This document shows, one piece after another, positions 11,607-21,273 of a stretch of DNA of 64,000 nt (the first letter of the stretch is position 1; the number at the start of each line of letters is the position of its first letter). The notes under the pieces were generated by a model. The model searched no databases. It was given only the letters and a program-made list of their open reading frames with translations, and was not told the DNA's origin. Origin of the DNA: Chloroflexota bacterium (GTDB taxonomy: Bacteria > Chloroflexota > Limnocylindria > Limnocylindrales > CSP1-4); the NCBI GenBank assembly GCA_042408445.1, contig JBHORC010000023.1, forward strand, positions 83,403 through 147,402, written 5' to 3'. Made by a program: the position numbers and the translations under genes.

Positions 11607-12986
11607 ATGCCCGACACCTCGATTCTCAGCCGCGAGCAGCTCGAATCCGTCCGCCAGCCGTATCGTGCCGCGCGACTCCTGCCTCGACACGCCTATCAGG
11701 ATCCCGCGGTCCTCGAGTGGGAGCGGGAGCACATCCTCCGCCGGGACTGGGTGATCGTCGGTCGCGAGGAGGAGGCTCCGGACCCCGGGACGTACTTCCA
11801 GACCGAGCTGGACGGCGAGCCGCTGCTCGTCGTGCGCGGCAGGGACGCGAAGCTGCGCGCCTTCTACAACGTCTGCCGCCACCGCGGAACGGCCGTCGTC
11901 GAGGAGGAGTGCGGCAAGGCCGTCCGGTTCCAGTGCCCGTATCACGCCTGGATCTACGACCTCGACGGCAAGCTCATCCGCGCGAAGCACACGGAGGATC
12001 TCGACGACTTCACGTTCGAGCGCTACAGCCTTGCTCCGGTCGGCTGCGAGACCTGGCAGGGGTTCGTCTTCCTGAACCTCGACGCGGAGGCGACGCCGCT
12101 CGCGGACCAGCTCGGCGACCTCGATGAGCACCTGTCGCGCTTCGACTTCGCCGATCTGCGCGCGGCCCGGACGATGACCTACGACGTCGCCGCGAACTGG
12201 AAGTTCATCGCCGAGAACTACTCCGAGTGCTACCACTGCCCGCCGCTCCACCCGCAGCTGAACAAGCTGACCCCGTACGACGTAGGTGGCGACTACGCCC
12301 CCGGCGGAGCGTGGCAGGGCGGCTGGATGGAGCTGGTCGCCGGCGCCGAGACGATGTCGCTCGACGGCGGCCAGGGCTCCCGCCACGGCCGCCCGGCGAT
12401 GTGCGGCATGACCTCCGAGGATGAGCGCCGGATCTTCTACTACGTCGTCTGGCCGCTCGCGTTCCTGTCGATCCACCCGGACTACCTGCTCGTCCACCGG
12501 CTCGTGCCCGTCGCCGCCGACCGGACGACGGTCATCTGCCAGCTCCTGTTCGAGCGCGAGACGATGGCCCGGCCGGACTTCGATCCGTCCGATGCGATCG
12601 CGTTCTGGGACCTGACGAACACCCAGGACTGGCACGTCTGCGAGATGCAGCAGAAGGGGACCCGCTCCCGATCCTGGGTCAGCGGCCGATACTCGAACCA
12701 GGAAGCCTCGGTCCACGCCTTCGACCTCATGGTCGCCGAGCGCTACGCAGGGCTCCCCTTCAGTGCCAGCCGGACGGTCCGCGAGCGGTATGACGTCGCG
12801 CCACCGAAGGAGGCCCGGATCGGGACACTCGATGCCGGGGCGGCTCTGCGGCCGGTCGACCATTACGCCGCCGCGGCCAACGGCCACGACCCGCACGAGC
12901 ACGACCATCCGACGACCGGCCGCGGCTCGCACGAGCATGCCGTCAGGCGCACGACCGCCCGCTCGAAGGCGACCACGAAGGGCTGA
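11607..12986 (+). CDS. Rieske [2Fe-2S] aromatic ring-hydroxylating oxygenase, alpha subunit
   Basis: Rieske motif CRHRG...CPYHAW. Catalytic-domain mononuclear-iron region (ENYSECYHCPPLH). ORF opens at TTG 11577; ATG 11607 chosen. Confidence 0.75.
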   Translation: MPDTSILSREQLESVRQPYRAARLLPRHAYQDPAVLEWEREHILRRDWVIVGREEEAPDPGTYFQTELDGEPLLVVRGRDAKLRAFYNVCRHRGTAVVEEECGKAVRFQCPYHAWIYDLDGKLIRAKHTEDLDDFTFERYSLAPVGCETWQGFVFLNLDAEATPLADQLGDLDEHLSRFDFADLRAARTMTYDVAANWKFIAENYSECYHCPPLHPQLNKLTPYDVGGDYAPGGAWQGGWMELVAGAETMSLDGGQGSRHGRPAMCGMTSEDERRIFYYVVWPLAFLSIHPDYLLVHRLVPVAADRTTVICQLLFERETMARPDFDPSDAIAFWDLTNTQDWHVCEMQQKGTRSRSWVSGRYSNQEASVHAFDLMVAERYAGLPFSASRTVRERYDVAPPKEARIGTLDAGAALRPVDHYAAAANGHDPHEHDHPTTGRGSHEHAVRRTTARSKATTKG

Positions 12987-13062
12987 CGCGAGGGCGCGGC
13001 TCGGCGCAAGGCTTCTGGCGCGGCCATCGCCGCCGCTCGTCCGGTTCGGTGCCGCCGTGCGC

Positions 13063-13878
13063 CTACCCGGTCGCGACGTCCTCGACAGCCATTGACGTCC
13101 GCTGCTGGCGGAACGCGCCCAGGCGCCAGGCGATGAAGAGGGCGATCGAGACGACGGCGACGATGATCGACGAGATCGCGTTGATCTGCGGCGTGACGCC
13201 GAACTTGATCGAGCTGTAGATGAAGATCGGCAACGTCGTCGAGCCGACGCCCGCGTTGAATGACGTCACGACGAGGTCGTCGAACGACAGGGCGAACGCG
13301 AGCATCGCGCCGGCAAGGACGGCCGGCAGGATCAGCGGGACCGTCACGTAGCGGAAGGCACCCCAGGCGGACGCGCCCAGGTCGCGCGCGGCCTCCTCGA
13401 GGCGGGGGTCCATCCCGGCCGCCCGCGCTCGCACGGTGACCGCCACGTACGAGATGCAGAACGTGATGTGGGCCAGCGAGATCTGGGCGACGGACCCGAC
13501 GCCGCCGAACAGCTGGAAGAAGAAGATCAGCAGGCTGATGCCCATGATGATCTCGGGGGTCACCATCGGCAGGAGGATCAGGGTCTCGGTCGCGCCGCTG
13601 CCCCGGAACCGGAGTCTCGCCAACCCGAGGCCGAGAAGCGACCCGAGGAGCGTTGCAGCGACGACCGCGATCGCGGCGACGATCAGGGTGATCCGGAGTG
13701 CGTCGAGAAGATCCGCGTTCGCGAACAGCTTCGGATACCAGTCGAGGGTGAAGCCGTGCCAGACGAACGTCCGGCGGGAGTCGTTGAAGCTGAAGATGAT
13801 CAGGACGACGATCGGCGTGAACAGGAACGCGTAGATCAGGACCGCGAACGCGGAGAGCCAGCGGTTGCGCCCGCTCAT
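13063..13878 (-). CDS. potC: ABC transporter permease (spermidine/putrescine PotC-like)
   Basis: Six TM helices. EAA-like loop (EEAARDLGASAWGAFRYVTVPL). ATGA stop/start overlap with the upstream permease. Confidence 0.75.
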   Translation of the reverse strand: MSGRNRWLSAFAVLIYAFLFTPIVVLIIFSFNDSRRTFVWHGFTLDWYPKLFANADLLDALRITLIVAAIAVVAATLLGSLLGLGLARLRFRGSGATETLILLPMVTPEIIMGISLLIFFFQLFGGVGSVAQISLAHITFCISYVAVTVRARAAGMDPRLEEAARDLGASAWGAFRYVTVPLILPAVLAGAMLAFALSFDDLVVTSFNAGVGSTTLPIFIYSSIKFGVTPQINAISSIIVAVVSIALFIAWRLGAFRQQRTSMAVEDVATG

Positions 13879-14795
13879 GCGAACGTCTCGCGCCGGAGCG
13901 AGCGGAGCGCGAGCAGCGTTCCGCCGAGCGTCACGATCATCAGGATGAACCCGAGCGCCGAGCCGTACGGCCAGTCGCGACCGGCGGTGAACAGGACCTG
14001 GACGAGCTTTGCGGCGGTCGTCGTCTGGGCGCCGCCGAGGAGGTCCGGCGTCACGTAGTCGCCGATCGCGGGGATGAACGTCAGCAGCGCCGCCGCGATC
14101 ACCCCCGGCATCGTGAGCGGCAGGGTCACGTGGACGAACGCGCCGCGCCCGCTGGCGTAGAGGTCGCGGGCGGCCTGGACGAGATTCTGGTCGAGCCGGT
14201 CGATCGAGACGAACAGCGGCAGGATCGCGAAGGGCAGGAACCCGTAGGTCATCCCGAGGACCACCGAGATGTCGGTGTTCAGCAGGGTCAGCGGCTCCTG
14301 GATGAGCCCGGTCGAGAGGAGGATCCCGTTCAGGACGCCGTTGTCGCGCAGGATGATCATCCACGCATACGTCCGGATCAGGTAGCTCGTCCAGAACGGC
14401 AGCATCACGAGGATGAGCAGGAGGACCTTCCGCTCCCCGCCGTAGCGCGAGATCCAGTAGGCGATCGGGTAGCCGAGCCCGATGGAGAGAACCGTCGTGA
14501 TCGCCGCGTACCGCAGCGAGTTCGCGAACGCCGGCAGGTATTCCGGTCGCGTCGCCTGGACGTAGTTCTGCAGCCCCAGATGGCTCAGGACGACGTGTCC
14601 ACCGGCGTCCTTCGTGCCCAGGCTGACGACGAAGATGATGACCAGCGGGACGAGGAAGAAGATCGCGAGCCAGGCGACGCCCGGCAGCACGAGGGCGACC
14701 CCGCCCGCCTTCTCCCGCGCGCGCACGCCGAGCGAGCGGCGCACGACCAGCGGCGGCGCGACCGGATCGACCGTCGAGGCCGTGCCCGCGGTCAT
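13875..14795 (-). CDS. potB: ABC transporter permease (PotB-like)
   Basis: Binding-protein-dependent transport inner-membrane component (VQAARDLYASGRGAFVHVTLPL). Confidence 0.75.
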   Translation of the reverse strand: MTAGTASTVDPVAPPLVVRRSLGVRAREKAGGVALVLPGVAWLAIFFLVPLVIIFVVSLGTKDAGGHVVLSHLGLQNYVQATRPEYLPAFANSLRYAAITTVLSIGLGYPIAYWISRYGGERKVLLLILVMLPFWTSYLIRTYAWMIILRDNGVLNGILLSTGLIQEPLTLLNTDISVVLGMTYGFLPFAILPLFVSIDRLDQNLVQAARDLYASGRGAFVHVTLPLTMPGVIAAALLTFIPAIGDYVTPDLLGGAQTTTAAKLVQVLFTAGRDWPYGSALGFILMIVTLGGTLLALRSLRRETFA

Positions 14796-14823
14796 CGGCG
14801 CGAGCGGGACGAGGCGCCGGCCG

Positions 14824-16077
14824 TCACGCCTTGAGGGCGTTCCAGCGCTGCGTGTACTTGTCGAGATCCGGGCCGAGGTTCAGCAGCTCGACGAGCTTGT
14901 CCAGGAGCGCGACGTCCGGGTTCACCGTCGGATCCTTCAGGATGTCCGGCTTGATGTACTGCATCGCCGCCGCGTTCGGGCCCATGTAGCCGATGTAGTT
15001 CGTGTTCGCGGCGCTCACCTGGGCGTCCAGGTTGAAGTTGATCCACAGGTTCGCGGCGATCGGGTGCGGCGCACCGGACAGGACGACCATCGTGTCCGAG
15101 CCTCGGACCGCGCCCTCGGACGGGATCACGTACTTCACGTTCGGGACGTCGTCGTACATCTGGTAGACGTCGCCGGACCAGGCGTGGGCGATCACCGCCT
15201 GCTTCCCGGTCATCACCCCGATGTCGTCGGTCGTGTAGGTCCGGACGAGCGGCTTCTGCTCCTCGAGCAGCTGGACCATCCGGTCCAGGTCCGCGTCGGA
15301 CTTCGTGTTCGGATCCAGGCCGAGCCGGAACGCCGCCACCGCGAAGGTCTCGCGGATGTCGTCGAGCATCGAGAGCTTGCCCTTGTAGGCGCTGTCCCAG
15401 AGCGCCGACCAGCTCGAGAGGTCGTCCTTGATCCGGTCGCCGTCCCAGCAGTAGCCCGTCGTCCACCACATGTACGGCATCGAGCTCTTGTTACCCGGGT
15501 CGTAGCCGGGGTTCTGCCACTGGGCGCCGAGGTTCGCGGCATTCGGGATCAGGTCGAGCTTGAGCGGCTGGATGACGCCGTCCGCGGCGAGGCCCGGGAT
15601 CTCGACCGACGTCGGATAGCAGATGTCGTAGCCCGCTCCCTTGCCGTCGCTCCGGATCTTGGCGAGCATCGTCTCGGCGTCCGGGAACTTGTCGTAATGG
15701 ACCTTGACGTTCGTCGCGGCCTCGAACTTCGCGACCGTGTCCTCACCGATGTACGCGTCCCAGTTGTAGACGTTGAGCTCCGCCTCGGCGCTCGGCACGG
15801 GAGTGGGCTCGGCGCTGGCCGACGGACTCGGCGCGGTGGAGGCGGTCGCCGCCGTCGACGCCGCGACGGAGGGCGGAGCACTGGACGGCTGCGGCGTCGC
15901 GGCTCCGCCGCAGGCGGCGAGGATCGGGGCGATCGCGGCGACGGGCCCGAGGCGGGCCGCGGTCTCCAGAAGCTGCCGCCGACTGATTCGGCGCTCGACC
16001 AGCGCCTGCAGGAACGCGCGCTCCAGGTCTGCCGCTGGATCCGCCGGACCGGACCGGCGCCCGAGATGCTCGCTCAT
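14824..16077 (-). CDS. potD: ABC transporter substrate-binding protein, PotD/PotF polyamine-binding family, Tat-type signal
   Basis: Twin-arginine-like signal (RRISRRQLLETAARLG). Family-1 extracellular solute-binding fold resembling polyamine-binding proteins. ATGA overlap with potA. Confidence 0.7.
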   Translation of the reverse strand: MSEHLGRRSGPADPAADLERAFLQALVERRISRRQLLETAARLGPVAAIAPILAACGGAATPQPSSAPPSVAASTAATASTAPSPSASAEPTPVPSAEAELNVYNWDAYIGEDTVAKFEAATNVKVHYDKFPDAETMLAKIRSDGKGAGYDICYPTSVEIPGLAADGVIQPLKLDLIPNAANLGAQWQNPGYDPGNKSSMPYMWWTTGYCWDGDRIKDDLSSWSALWDSAYKGKLSMLDDIRETFAVAAFRLGLDPNTKSDADLDRMVQLLEEQKPLVRTYTTDDIGVMTGKQAVIAHAWSGDVYQMYDDVPNVKYVIPSEGAVRGSDTMVVLSGAPHPIAANLWINFNLDAQVSAANTNYIGYMGPNAAAMQYIKPDILKDPTVNPDVALLDKLVELLNLGPDLDKYTQRWNALKA

Positions 16078-17216
16078 GCCCGAATCTCCTCCTGCGCGAC
16101 GGGCTCGTGCCCGTCGGACGGCTCGGCGAGCACCAGGGCATCGCCGGGCGACCAGCTGACGTCGACCGCGCCACCGACCGGGATCCGTTCCCCGCTCTTC
16201 GGCGCGAGTGCCGTGATCGTGAGACCGCCCGCCGTGCGGACGAGGTACTGGACGTTGCCGCCGAGATAGGCGACCTGTTCGACCGATGCTCCGAGCGTCC
16301 CGACCTCGCCGGAGGTGCCCGTGCCATTCGTGGGGACGAGCCGGACCGATTCGGGCCGGATGGAGAGCTCGATCGCGTGGCCGCTCGCGAGGCCGTTCGC
16401 CGCCGTGTGGCACGTATCGCCGGACGACAGCCGGACCCGCGCGACGGAGCCGTCGATGGATTCGACGGTCCCCGCGAGGAGGTTGGAGGTCCCGATGAAA
16501 TCGGCGACGAACCGCGTCCGCGGTCGCTCGTAGAGCTCCTCGGGCGTCCCGAGCTGCTCGACCCGACCCCGATGCATGACCGCGATCCGGTCGCTCATCG
16601 TGAGCGCCTCCTCCTGGTCGTGGGTCACGTAGACGAACGTGATCCCGACCTCCGTCTGGACCCGCTTCAGCTCGATCTGGAGCGCCTTGCGGAGCTTGAG
16701 ATCGAGCGCGCCCAGTGGCTCGTCCAGGAGCAGGACGTTCGGTCGGTTCACGAGCGCCCGGGCCAGGGCGACGCGCTGCTGCTGGCCGCCGGAGAGCTGA
16801 TTCGGCTTCCGCTTGTCGTAGCCGCCGAGATGCACGAGCTCCAGCGCCTCGCCGACGCGGCGCGCGATCTGGGCCTTGTCGACGCCCTTCCGGTGGAGCC
16901 CGAAGGCGACGTTGCCGGCAACGTCGAGGTGCGGGAACAGGGCGTAGTTCTGGAAGACCATGTTGACCGGCCGCTTGTCCGGCGGGTCCGTCGTGACGTC
17001 GCGGCCGCGCAGCTCGATCCGGCCGGCGGTCGGCAGCTCGAATCCCCCGATCATCCGGAGCGTCGTGGTCTTGCCGCAGCCGCTCGGACCCAGCATCGAG
17101 AAGAACTCGCCCGGCTGGATGTCGAGGGACACCCGGTCGACCGCGCGGACGTCCCGGAAGTGCTTCGACAGATCCGTCAGGCGGATCTCCGGCGTCCCCG
17201 GCGAAGGGTCGATCAT
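16074..17216 (-). CDS. potA: polyamine-type ABC transporter ATP-binding protein with C-terminal TOBE domain
   Basis: Walker A GPSGCGKTT, signature LSGGQQQRVALARAL, Walker B LLLDEPLGALD. ORF opens at GTG 17360; internal ATG (MIDPSP) chosen. Confidence 0.8.
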   Translation of the reverse strand: MIDPSPGTPEIRLTDLSKHFRDVRAVDRVSLDIQPGEFFSMLGPSGCGKTTTLRMIGGFELPTAGRIELRGRDVTTDPPDKRPVNMVFQNYALFPHLDVAGNVAFGLHRKGVDKAQIARRVGEALELVHLGGYDKRKPNQLSGGQQQRVALARALVNRPNVLLLDEPLGALDLKLRKALQIELKRVQTEVGITFVYVTHDQEEALTMSDRIAVMHRGRVEQLGTPEELYERPRTRFVADFIGTSNLLAGTVESIDGSVARVRLSSGDTCHTAANGLASGHAIELSIRPESVRLVPTNGTGTSGEVGTLGASVEQVAYLGGNVQYLVRTAGGLTITALAPKSGERIPVGGAVDVSWSPGDALVLAEPSDGHEPVAQEEIRA

Positions 17217-17350
17217 CTGGGCGAGCCTAGGCGAGCATTCGGGAACGTGCTGAGCGACGTCCCGGCGCGCGCAACCGATCCTGTCGGGATGGCGAGATTC
17301 GTCGCGCATTGTTGACGGCTTCCGCCGTCGCGCCGCCGTACGATTCGGGC

Positions 17351-18409
17351 ATGCCGACACGGAGCAGCGCCACGACGGAGCCCGGATCCGGCGCCGCAGC
17401 CGATCCGACCGACCACGACCCGGGCAGCGACGGCGCCGCCCGCCGCGTGGCGTCCCTCGAGACGGTCGCCGCCGACCCGATCGAGATGCCGGGCGCCGGG
17501 CGGATCCTCATCGGGACCGCGTCCTGGACGGACCCGACGATGACCGCGGCCGGCGTCTTCTATCCGACCGGGGCGGACAACGCGGAGGAGCGGCTCGGCT
17601 ACTACGCCTCGTCCTTCCCGGTCGTCGAGGTCGACGCCACCTACTACGCGCTGCCGGCCGAACGCACCGCCCAGCTCTGGGCGGAGCGGACACCGCCGGA
17701 CTTCACGTTCGACATCAAGGCCCACGCGCTGATGACGGGGCAGGGGACCGAGACGCGCCGACTGCCGAAGGCGATCCGCGAGGCGCTGCCGGACGAGCTC
17801 CAGGCGAAGAGCCGGATCTATCTCAAGGACTTCCCGGCGGAGCTGAACGACGAGGTCTGGCGGACGTTCCGCTCCGCGCTGGCGCCGCTCGAGGAGCGCG
17901 GCCAGCTCGGCTCGATCCTGCTCCAGTATCCGAAGTGGGTCTTCCCCTCGAGCGAGAACCGGGCGCTGATCCGCGACGCGGTCGCGCGGCTCGAGGGCTG
18001 GAAGGTTGCGGTCGAGTTCCGCAACGCATCGTGGCTGAACGAGAAGTACCGCGACCGGACGCTCGGCTTCCTCTCGGAGCGCTCGATCCCGTTCGTGATG
18101 GTCGACGAGCCGCAGGGCTTCAAGAGCAGCGTCCCACCGGAGATCGTCGTGACGTCGCCGGACCTCGCGGTCGTCCGGTTCCACGGCCGGAACGCCGCGA
18201 CCTGGGAGGCGAAGAACATCACCCCGGCGGAGCGGTTCCGCTACCTGTACTCGCGCGACGAGCTGGCGGAGTGGGTCCCGCGGGTCCGGGAGGTCGCCTC
18301 CCAGGCGAAGGAGGTCCACCTGATGTTCAACAACTGCTACGCGAACTACGGGACGACGAACGCCCGGGAGATCGCGTCGCTGCTGGCGGACCTCGACAGC
18401 GGCGGGTAG
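17351..18409 (+). CDS. DUF72 domain protein
   Basis: Conserved DUF72 core (GTASWTDP..., VEFRNASW). ORF opens at TTG 17309; ATG 17351 chosen. Confidence 0.65.
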   Translation: MPTRSSATTEPGSGAAADPTDHDPGSDGAARRVASLETVAADPIEMPGAGRILIGTASWTDPTMTAAGVFYPTGADNAEERLGYYASSFPVVEVDATYYALPAERTAQLWAERTPPDFTFDIKAHALMTGQGTETRRLPKAIREALPDELQAKSRIYLKDFPAELNDEVWRTFRSALAPLEERGQLGSILLQYPKWVFPSSENRALIRDAVARLEGWKVAVEFRNASWLNEKYRDRTLGFLSERSIPFVMVDEPQGFKSSVPPEIVVTSPDLAVVRFHGRNAATWEAKNITPAERFRYLYSRDELAEWVPRVREVASQAKEVHLMFNNCYANYGTTNAREIASLLADLDSGG

Positions 18410-18463
18410 CCCGAGGGAGCGGGGCAGCGTTGTGAGCCCCGGGCCGGGTGCGGCGCCCGTGGT

Positions 18464-19426
18464 TCATCCGTCCCGAGCCGCGCGCTCCTTCTCGTAGCGG
18501 ACCTGCGCCGGACTCTTCCGACCGCCCGGCCGGCCGCGAGCCGCGATCCGGGCAAGGGCGCTCTCCCAGCCGGCATCGAACGGGACGCCGCGCTCGTCGA
18601 GGTCGACGACCACCGGCGCGTGATCCGACGGGACCGGTGGCCCCTTGCGTGCCTCGCGGTCGATCTCCGCCCAGACGATCCGGTCCGCGACGGGCCTCGT
18701 GGCGTAGAGCAGGTCGATCCGCATGCCCTCGTTCCGATGGAACATGCCGGCCCGGTAGTCCCACCACGAGAACCGGCCCGGCGCCTCCCCGACGGCGGCC
18801 CGGTAGGCGTCGACGAGGCCCCATTCGCGCAGCGCGGCGAGCGCGTCGCGCTCGCGCGACGAGACGTGCGTCCCGCCGTGGGCGGCGACGGCGTCCCAGA
18901 CGTCGTCGTCCGTCGGCGTCGCGTTGAGGTCGCCGCCCAGGACGAGCGGCTCATCCGGTGATTGGGTCTCGTCGAGCCAGCGCCGCAGCCGGGCGAACCA
19001 TTCGAGCTTGCCCTCGTAGAACGGGCTCCCGACGACGCGTCCGTTCGGTGCGTACAGGCTGACGAAGCGGACCCCGCCACAGACGGCCGAGACCATCCGC
19101 GCCTCGTCGAACGGATCGAAGTCGTCCTCGCTCACGGCGACCTCCGCGCCGGCACCGCTGTCGCGGACCGGCCCGTCCCCGAAGTTCGTGACGACGTCCG
19201 TCGCCCCGACGCGGCTCGCGATCGCGACGCCGTTCCAGCGGCCCTCCCCGTGATGGACGAGCTCGTAGCCGAGCATCCGGAACGGGAGCTCGGGCGCGTC
19301 GGCGTCGGCGAGCTTCGTCTCCTGCATGAGCAGGACGTCCGGCTGGGAACGCGCGATCCAGCGCTCGACGGCCTCCGTCCGGGCCTTCAGCGAGTTGACG
19401 TTCCAGGTCGCGATCCGCATCGCCAC
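18464..19426 (-). CDS. xthA: exodeoxyribonuclease III (AP endonuclease family 1)
   Basis: N-terminal MRIATWNVNS and catalytic motifs (LMQETK, GDLN, SDHAPV). Confidence 0.85.
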   Translation of the reverse strand: MAMRIATWNVNSLKARTEAVERWIARSQPDVLLMQETKLADADAPELPFRMLGYELVHHGEGRWNGVAIASRVGATDVVTNFGDGPVRDSGAGAEVAVSEDDFDPFDEARMVSAVCGGVRFVSLYAPNGRVVGSPFYEGKLEWFARLRRWLDETQSPDEPLVLGGDLNATPTDDDVWDAVAAHGGTHVSSRERDALAALREWGLVDAYRAAVGEAPGRFSWWDYRAGMFHRNEGMRIDLLYATRPVADRIVWAEIDREARKGPPVPSDHAPVVVDLDERGVPFDAGWESALARIAARGRPGGRKSPAQVRYEKERAARDG

Positions 19427-19530
19427 AGGGTAGGGAAAATCGGCGCCGCCGTTCCCCGGTCCCGGAAATCCTGCCGCCTGCTGACCGGCCGAGGCGTCAT
19501 GCTGGATCGAAACCGAGGAGAGGTGAATTC

Positions 19531-20028
19531 ATGCCCCGTTCCGTGCTCGCGGACGCCTTCGACCACCATGTCTGGGCCACGCTGCAGGTGCTCGATGTCC
19601 TCGCGCCGCTCGGCGACGAGCAGCTCGCGACGAACGTCCCCGGGACGTACGGCTCGATCATCGAGACGGCGAGGCATCTCGTCGGCGCCGATCGCTGGTA
19701 CCTCTTCACGCTGACGCGCGGCGCGGTTGCGGAGATCGAGGAGGGGACGATGGACGTCGCAGCGCTTCGTGCCGCGATGGAGCCGTCAGGGACGAGCTGG
19801 TCGGAGCTCCTTGGGACGAACCCGGACCCCGACGAGATGTTCACGCTGGATCGGGACGACGGCACGAAGAGTCACGCGACGTGGGGCGTCCGCCTGGCCC
19901 AGGCCGTCCACCACGGGACCGACCACCGGAGCCAGATTTGCACGGCGCTCACGGCGCTCGGCATCGAGCCGCCCTCGATCGACCTGTGGGACTGGGCGTT
20001 CGCCAACGGCAAGCACTGGGACGACTGA
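19531..20028 (+). CDS. DinB/YfiT-like (DinB_2) family protein
   Basis: Four-helix-bundle DinB family with conserved His (HHVWAT, ETARHLVGAD, HGTDHRSQ). RBS AGGAGAGG. Confidence 0.7.
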   Translation: MPRSVLADAFDHHVWATLQVLDVLAPLGDEQLATNVPGTYGSIIETARHLVGADRWYLFTLTRGAVAEIEEGTMDVAALRAAMEPSGTSWSELLGTNPDPDEMFTLDRDDGTKSHATWGVRLAQAVHHGTDHRSQICTALTALGIEPPSIDLWDWAFANGKHWDD

Positions 20029-20249
20029 GGCCTCGGTCGCGCGGGCTTGCCCCGACGCCGTTCCCCGCCGGCGCGCGTGTTCCCCGCCCGCGCGTATTCC
20101 CGGCCCGCGCGAGTTCACGGCCTGCTCGGCGCCGCCGTCGCACCGGGGATATGAGCGCCGGTGGTGCGAACACCGGTTTGGAGCAGGCCAGGACGGTTGG
20201 CGCGGTCGCCAGAGGCTGACGCCCGACCGAACCGTGCGGAGGGCGCGCC

Positions 20250-20431
20250 TCTGACGGCGCCCCGCGTCGACCCTGCTGCTCGGCAAGAGCGCCGAATACG
20301 ACGGGCGCTCATGCGGCGGCCGCGAGCGGCGACGCCGCGCGTCTACGGCGCCCCTCGTCGATCCTGCTGCTCGGCAAGAGCGCCGAATACGACGGGCGTT
20401 CATGGGGCGCCCGCGAGCGGCGACGTCGCGC
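20250..20431. repeat. two tandem copies of a ~91-bp direct repeat (~88 % identical), each with an internal 6-bp-stem hairpin (AGCGCC-gaatacgacg-GGCGCT)
   Basis: Period 91 bp (CTGCTGCTCGGCAAGAGCGCCGAATACGACGGGCG at ~20273 and ~20364). Lies in the 530-bp convergent intergenic gap between the dinB-family gene and the 20564 gene. Coordinates approximate. Confidence 0.7.
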
Positions 20432-20563
20432 GGACGAGACGCCTGGAGCAGCGGCGAGGCCCCGTCGAGCCGGGCCAGGGCCGGCACGATCGGCGACCAG
20501 TCAGCGCGAGCCCGGTCGCGGCGCCAGGGCCGGCTCGCGGCGCCTGCCCACGGCGCCGCGCCG

Positions 20564-21247
20564 CTAGTAGCGGCGGCCGCGCTGCCGGACGAGATCGAAC
20601 GTCGCCGTGTCGGCGATGGCCATGACGGCCATCGTTCCGGCCTGGACCGGATCGCTCACGACGAGGTCGACGTGGTCCGTGATCGAGCCGACCATGTTCA
20701 GGGCGATGATCGGCACGCCGACGGCCCGCAGCTCGTCTGCGGCGACGCTGATGTCGCCACCCATGATCGAGCCGGCGAGCACGAGCAGGCGGGCTCGCGG
20801 CAGGTCGGCTACGGCGCGGACCGCGGCGGCGATGTTCGCCTCGCCGACGAGCGGGATCGTGTCGACGCTGATCCGCTCGCCCCGGAGGTTGTGGCGATCC
20901 GCCTCGCTCACCGCCCCAAGCGCCACTTGGGCGACCTGCGCGCCGCCACCGACGACGATCACGCGCTTGCCGAAGATCGACGCCAGGGCGCGCGTCCGGC
21001 GGATCGCCTGGACATCCGGCAGCCCGTCGATGGCGTCGATCAGCTCGTCCTCGGTGAGGCCGTCGACCTCGACCTCGATCTCCACCTGCGGCGGATCCGT
21101 GTCGAGGGACCGGATCGTCGCGACGGTCCGGATCCGGCCGCCACGCTCCGCGAGCCGTTCCACGAGGGCCGCGACGGCGGAGGGCTCCTCGAGGACGTCG
21201 AGGCGCGCCGCGGCGGCGGTCGACGACGCGCCGGCGGTCAGGTCCAC
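20564..21247 (-). CDS. hypothetical protein: N-terminal ACT-like domain plus C-terminal Rossmann-like domain (KRVIVVGGGAQVA)
   Basis: 227-aa ORF with good codon bias, directly downstream of a small ACT-domain gene. Family not recognised. Confidence 0.55.
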   Translation of the reverse strand: MDLTAGASSTAAAARLDVLEEPSAVAALVERLAERGGRIRTVATIRSLDTDPPQVEIEVEVDGLTEDELIDAIDGLPDVQAIRRTRALASIFGKRVIVVGGGAQVAQVALGAVSEADRHNLRGERISVDTIPLVGEANIAAAVRAVADLPRARLLVLAGSIMGGDISVAADELRAVGVPIIALNMVGSITDHVDLVVSDPVQAGTMAVMAIADTATFDLVRQRGRRY

Positions 21248-21273
21248 GGCTTCGGGCTGCGGCCGGGACGCGA

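Noticed and set aside
16107-17315. 402-aa plus-strand ORF opposite potA, and similar long antisense ORFs (14614-16269, 28436-29878, 40816-44373, 47192-49804, 60809-63997)
   Set aside because: Each is antisense to a gene with clear family motifs. Translations are dominated by R/G/D/P runs. High GC suppresses stop codons in all six frames.
20115-20487. Arg-rich ORFs (MSARRIRRSCRAAGSTRG... duplicated) on the minus strand inside the tandem repeats
   Set aside because: They exist twice only because the DNA repeat is duplicated. Composition is Arg/Ala/Gly low-complexity with no RBS, so they were treated as non-coding repeat sequence.
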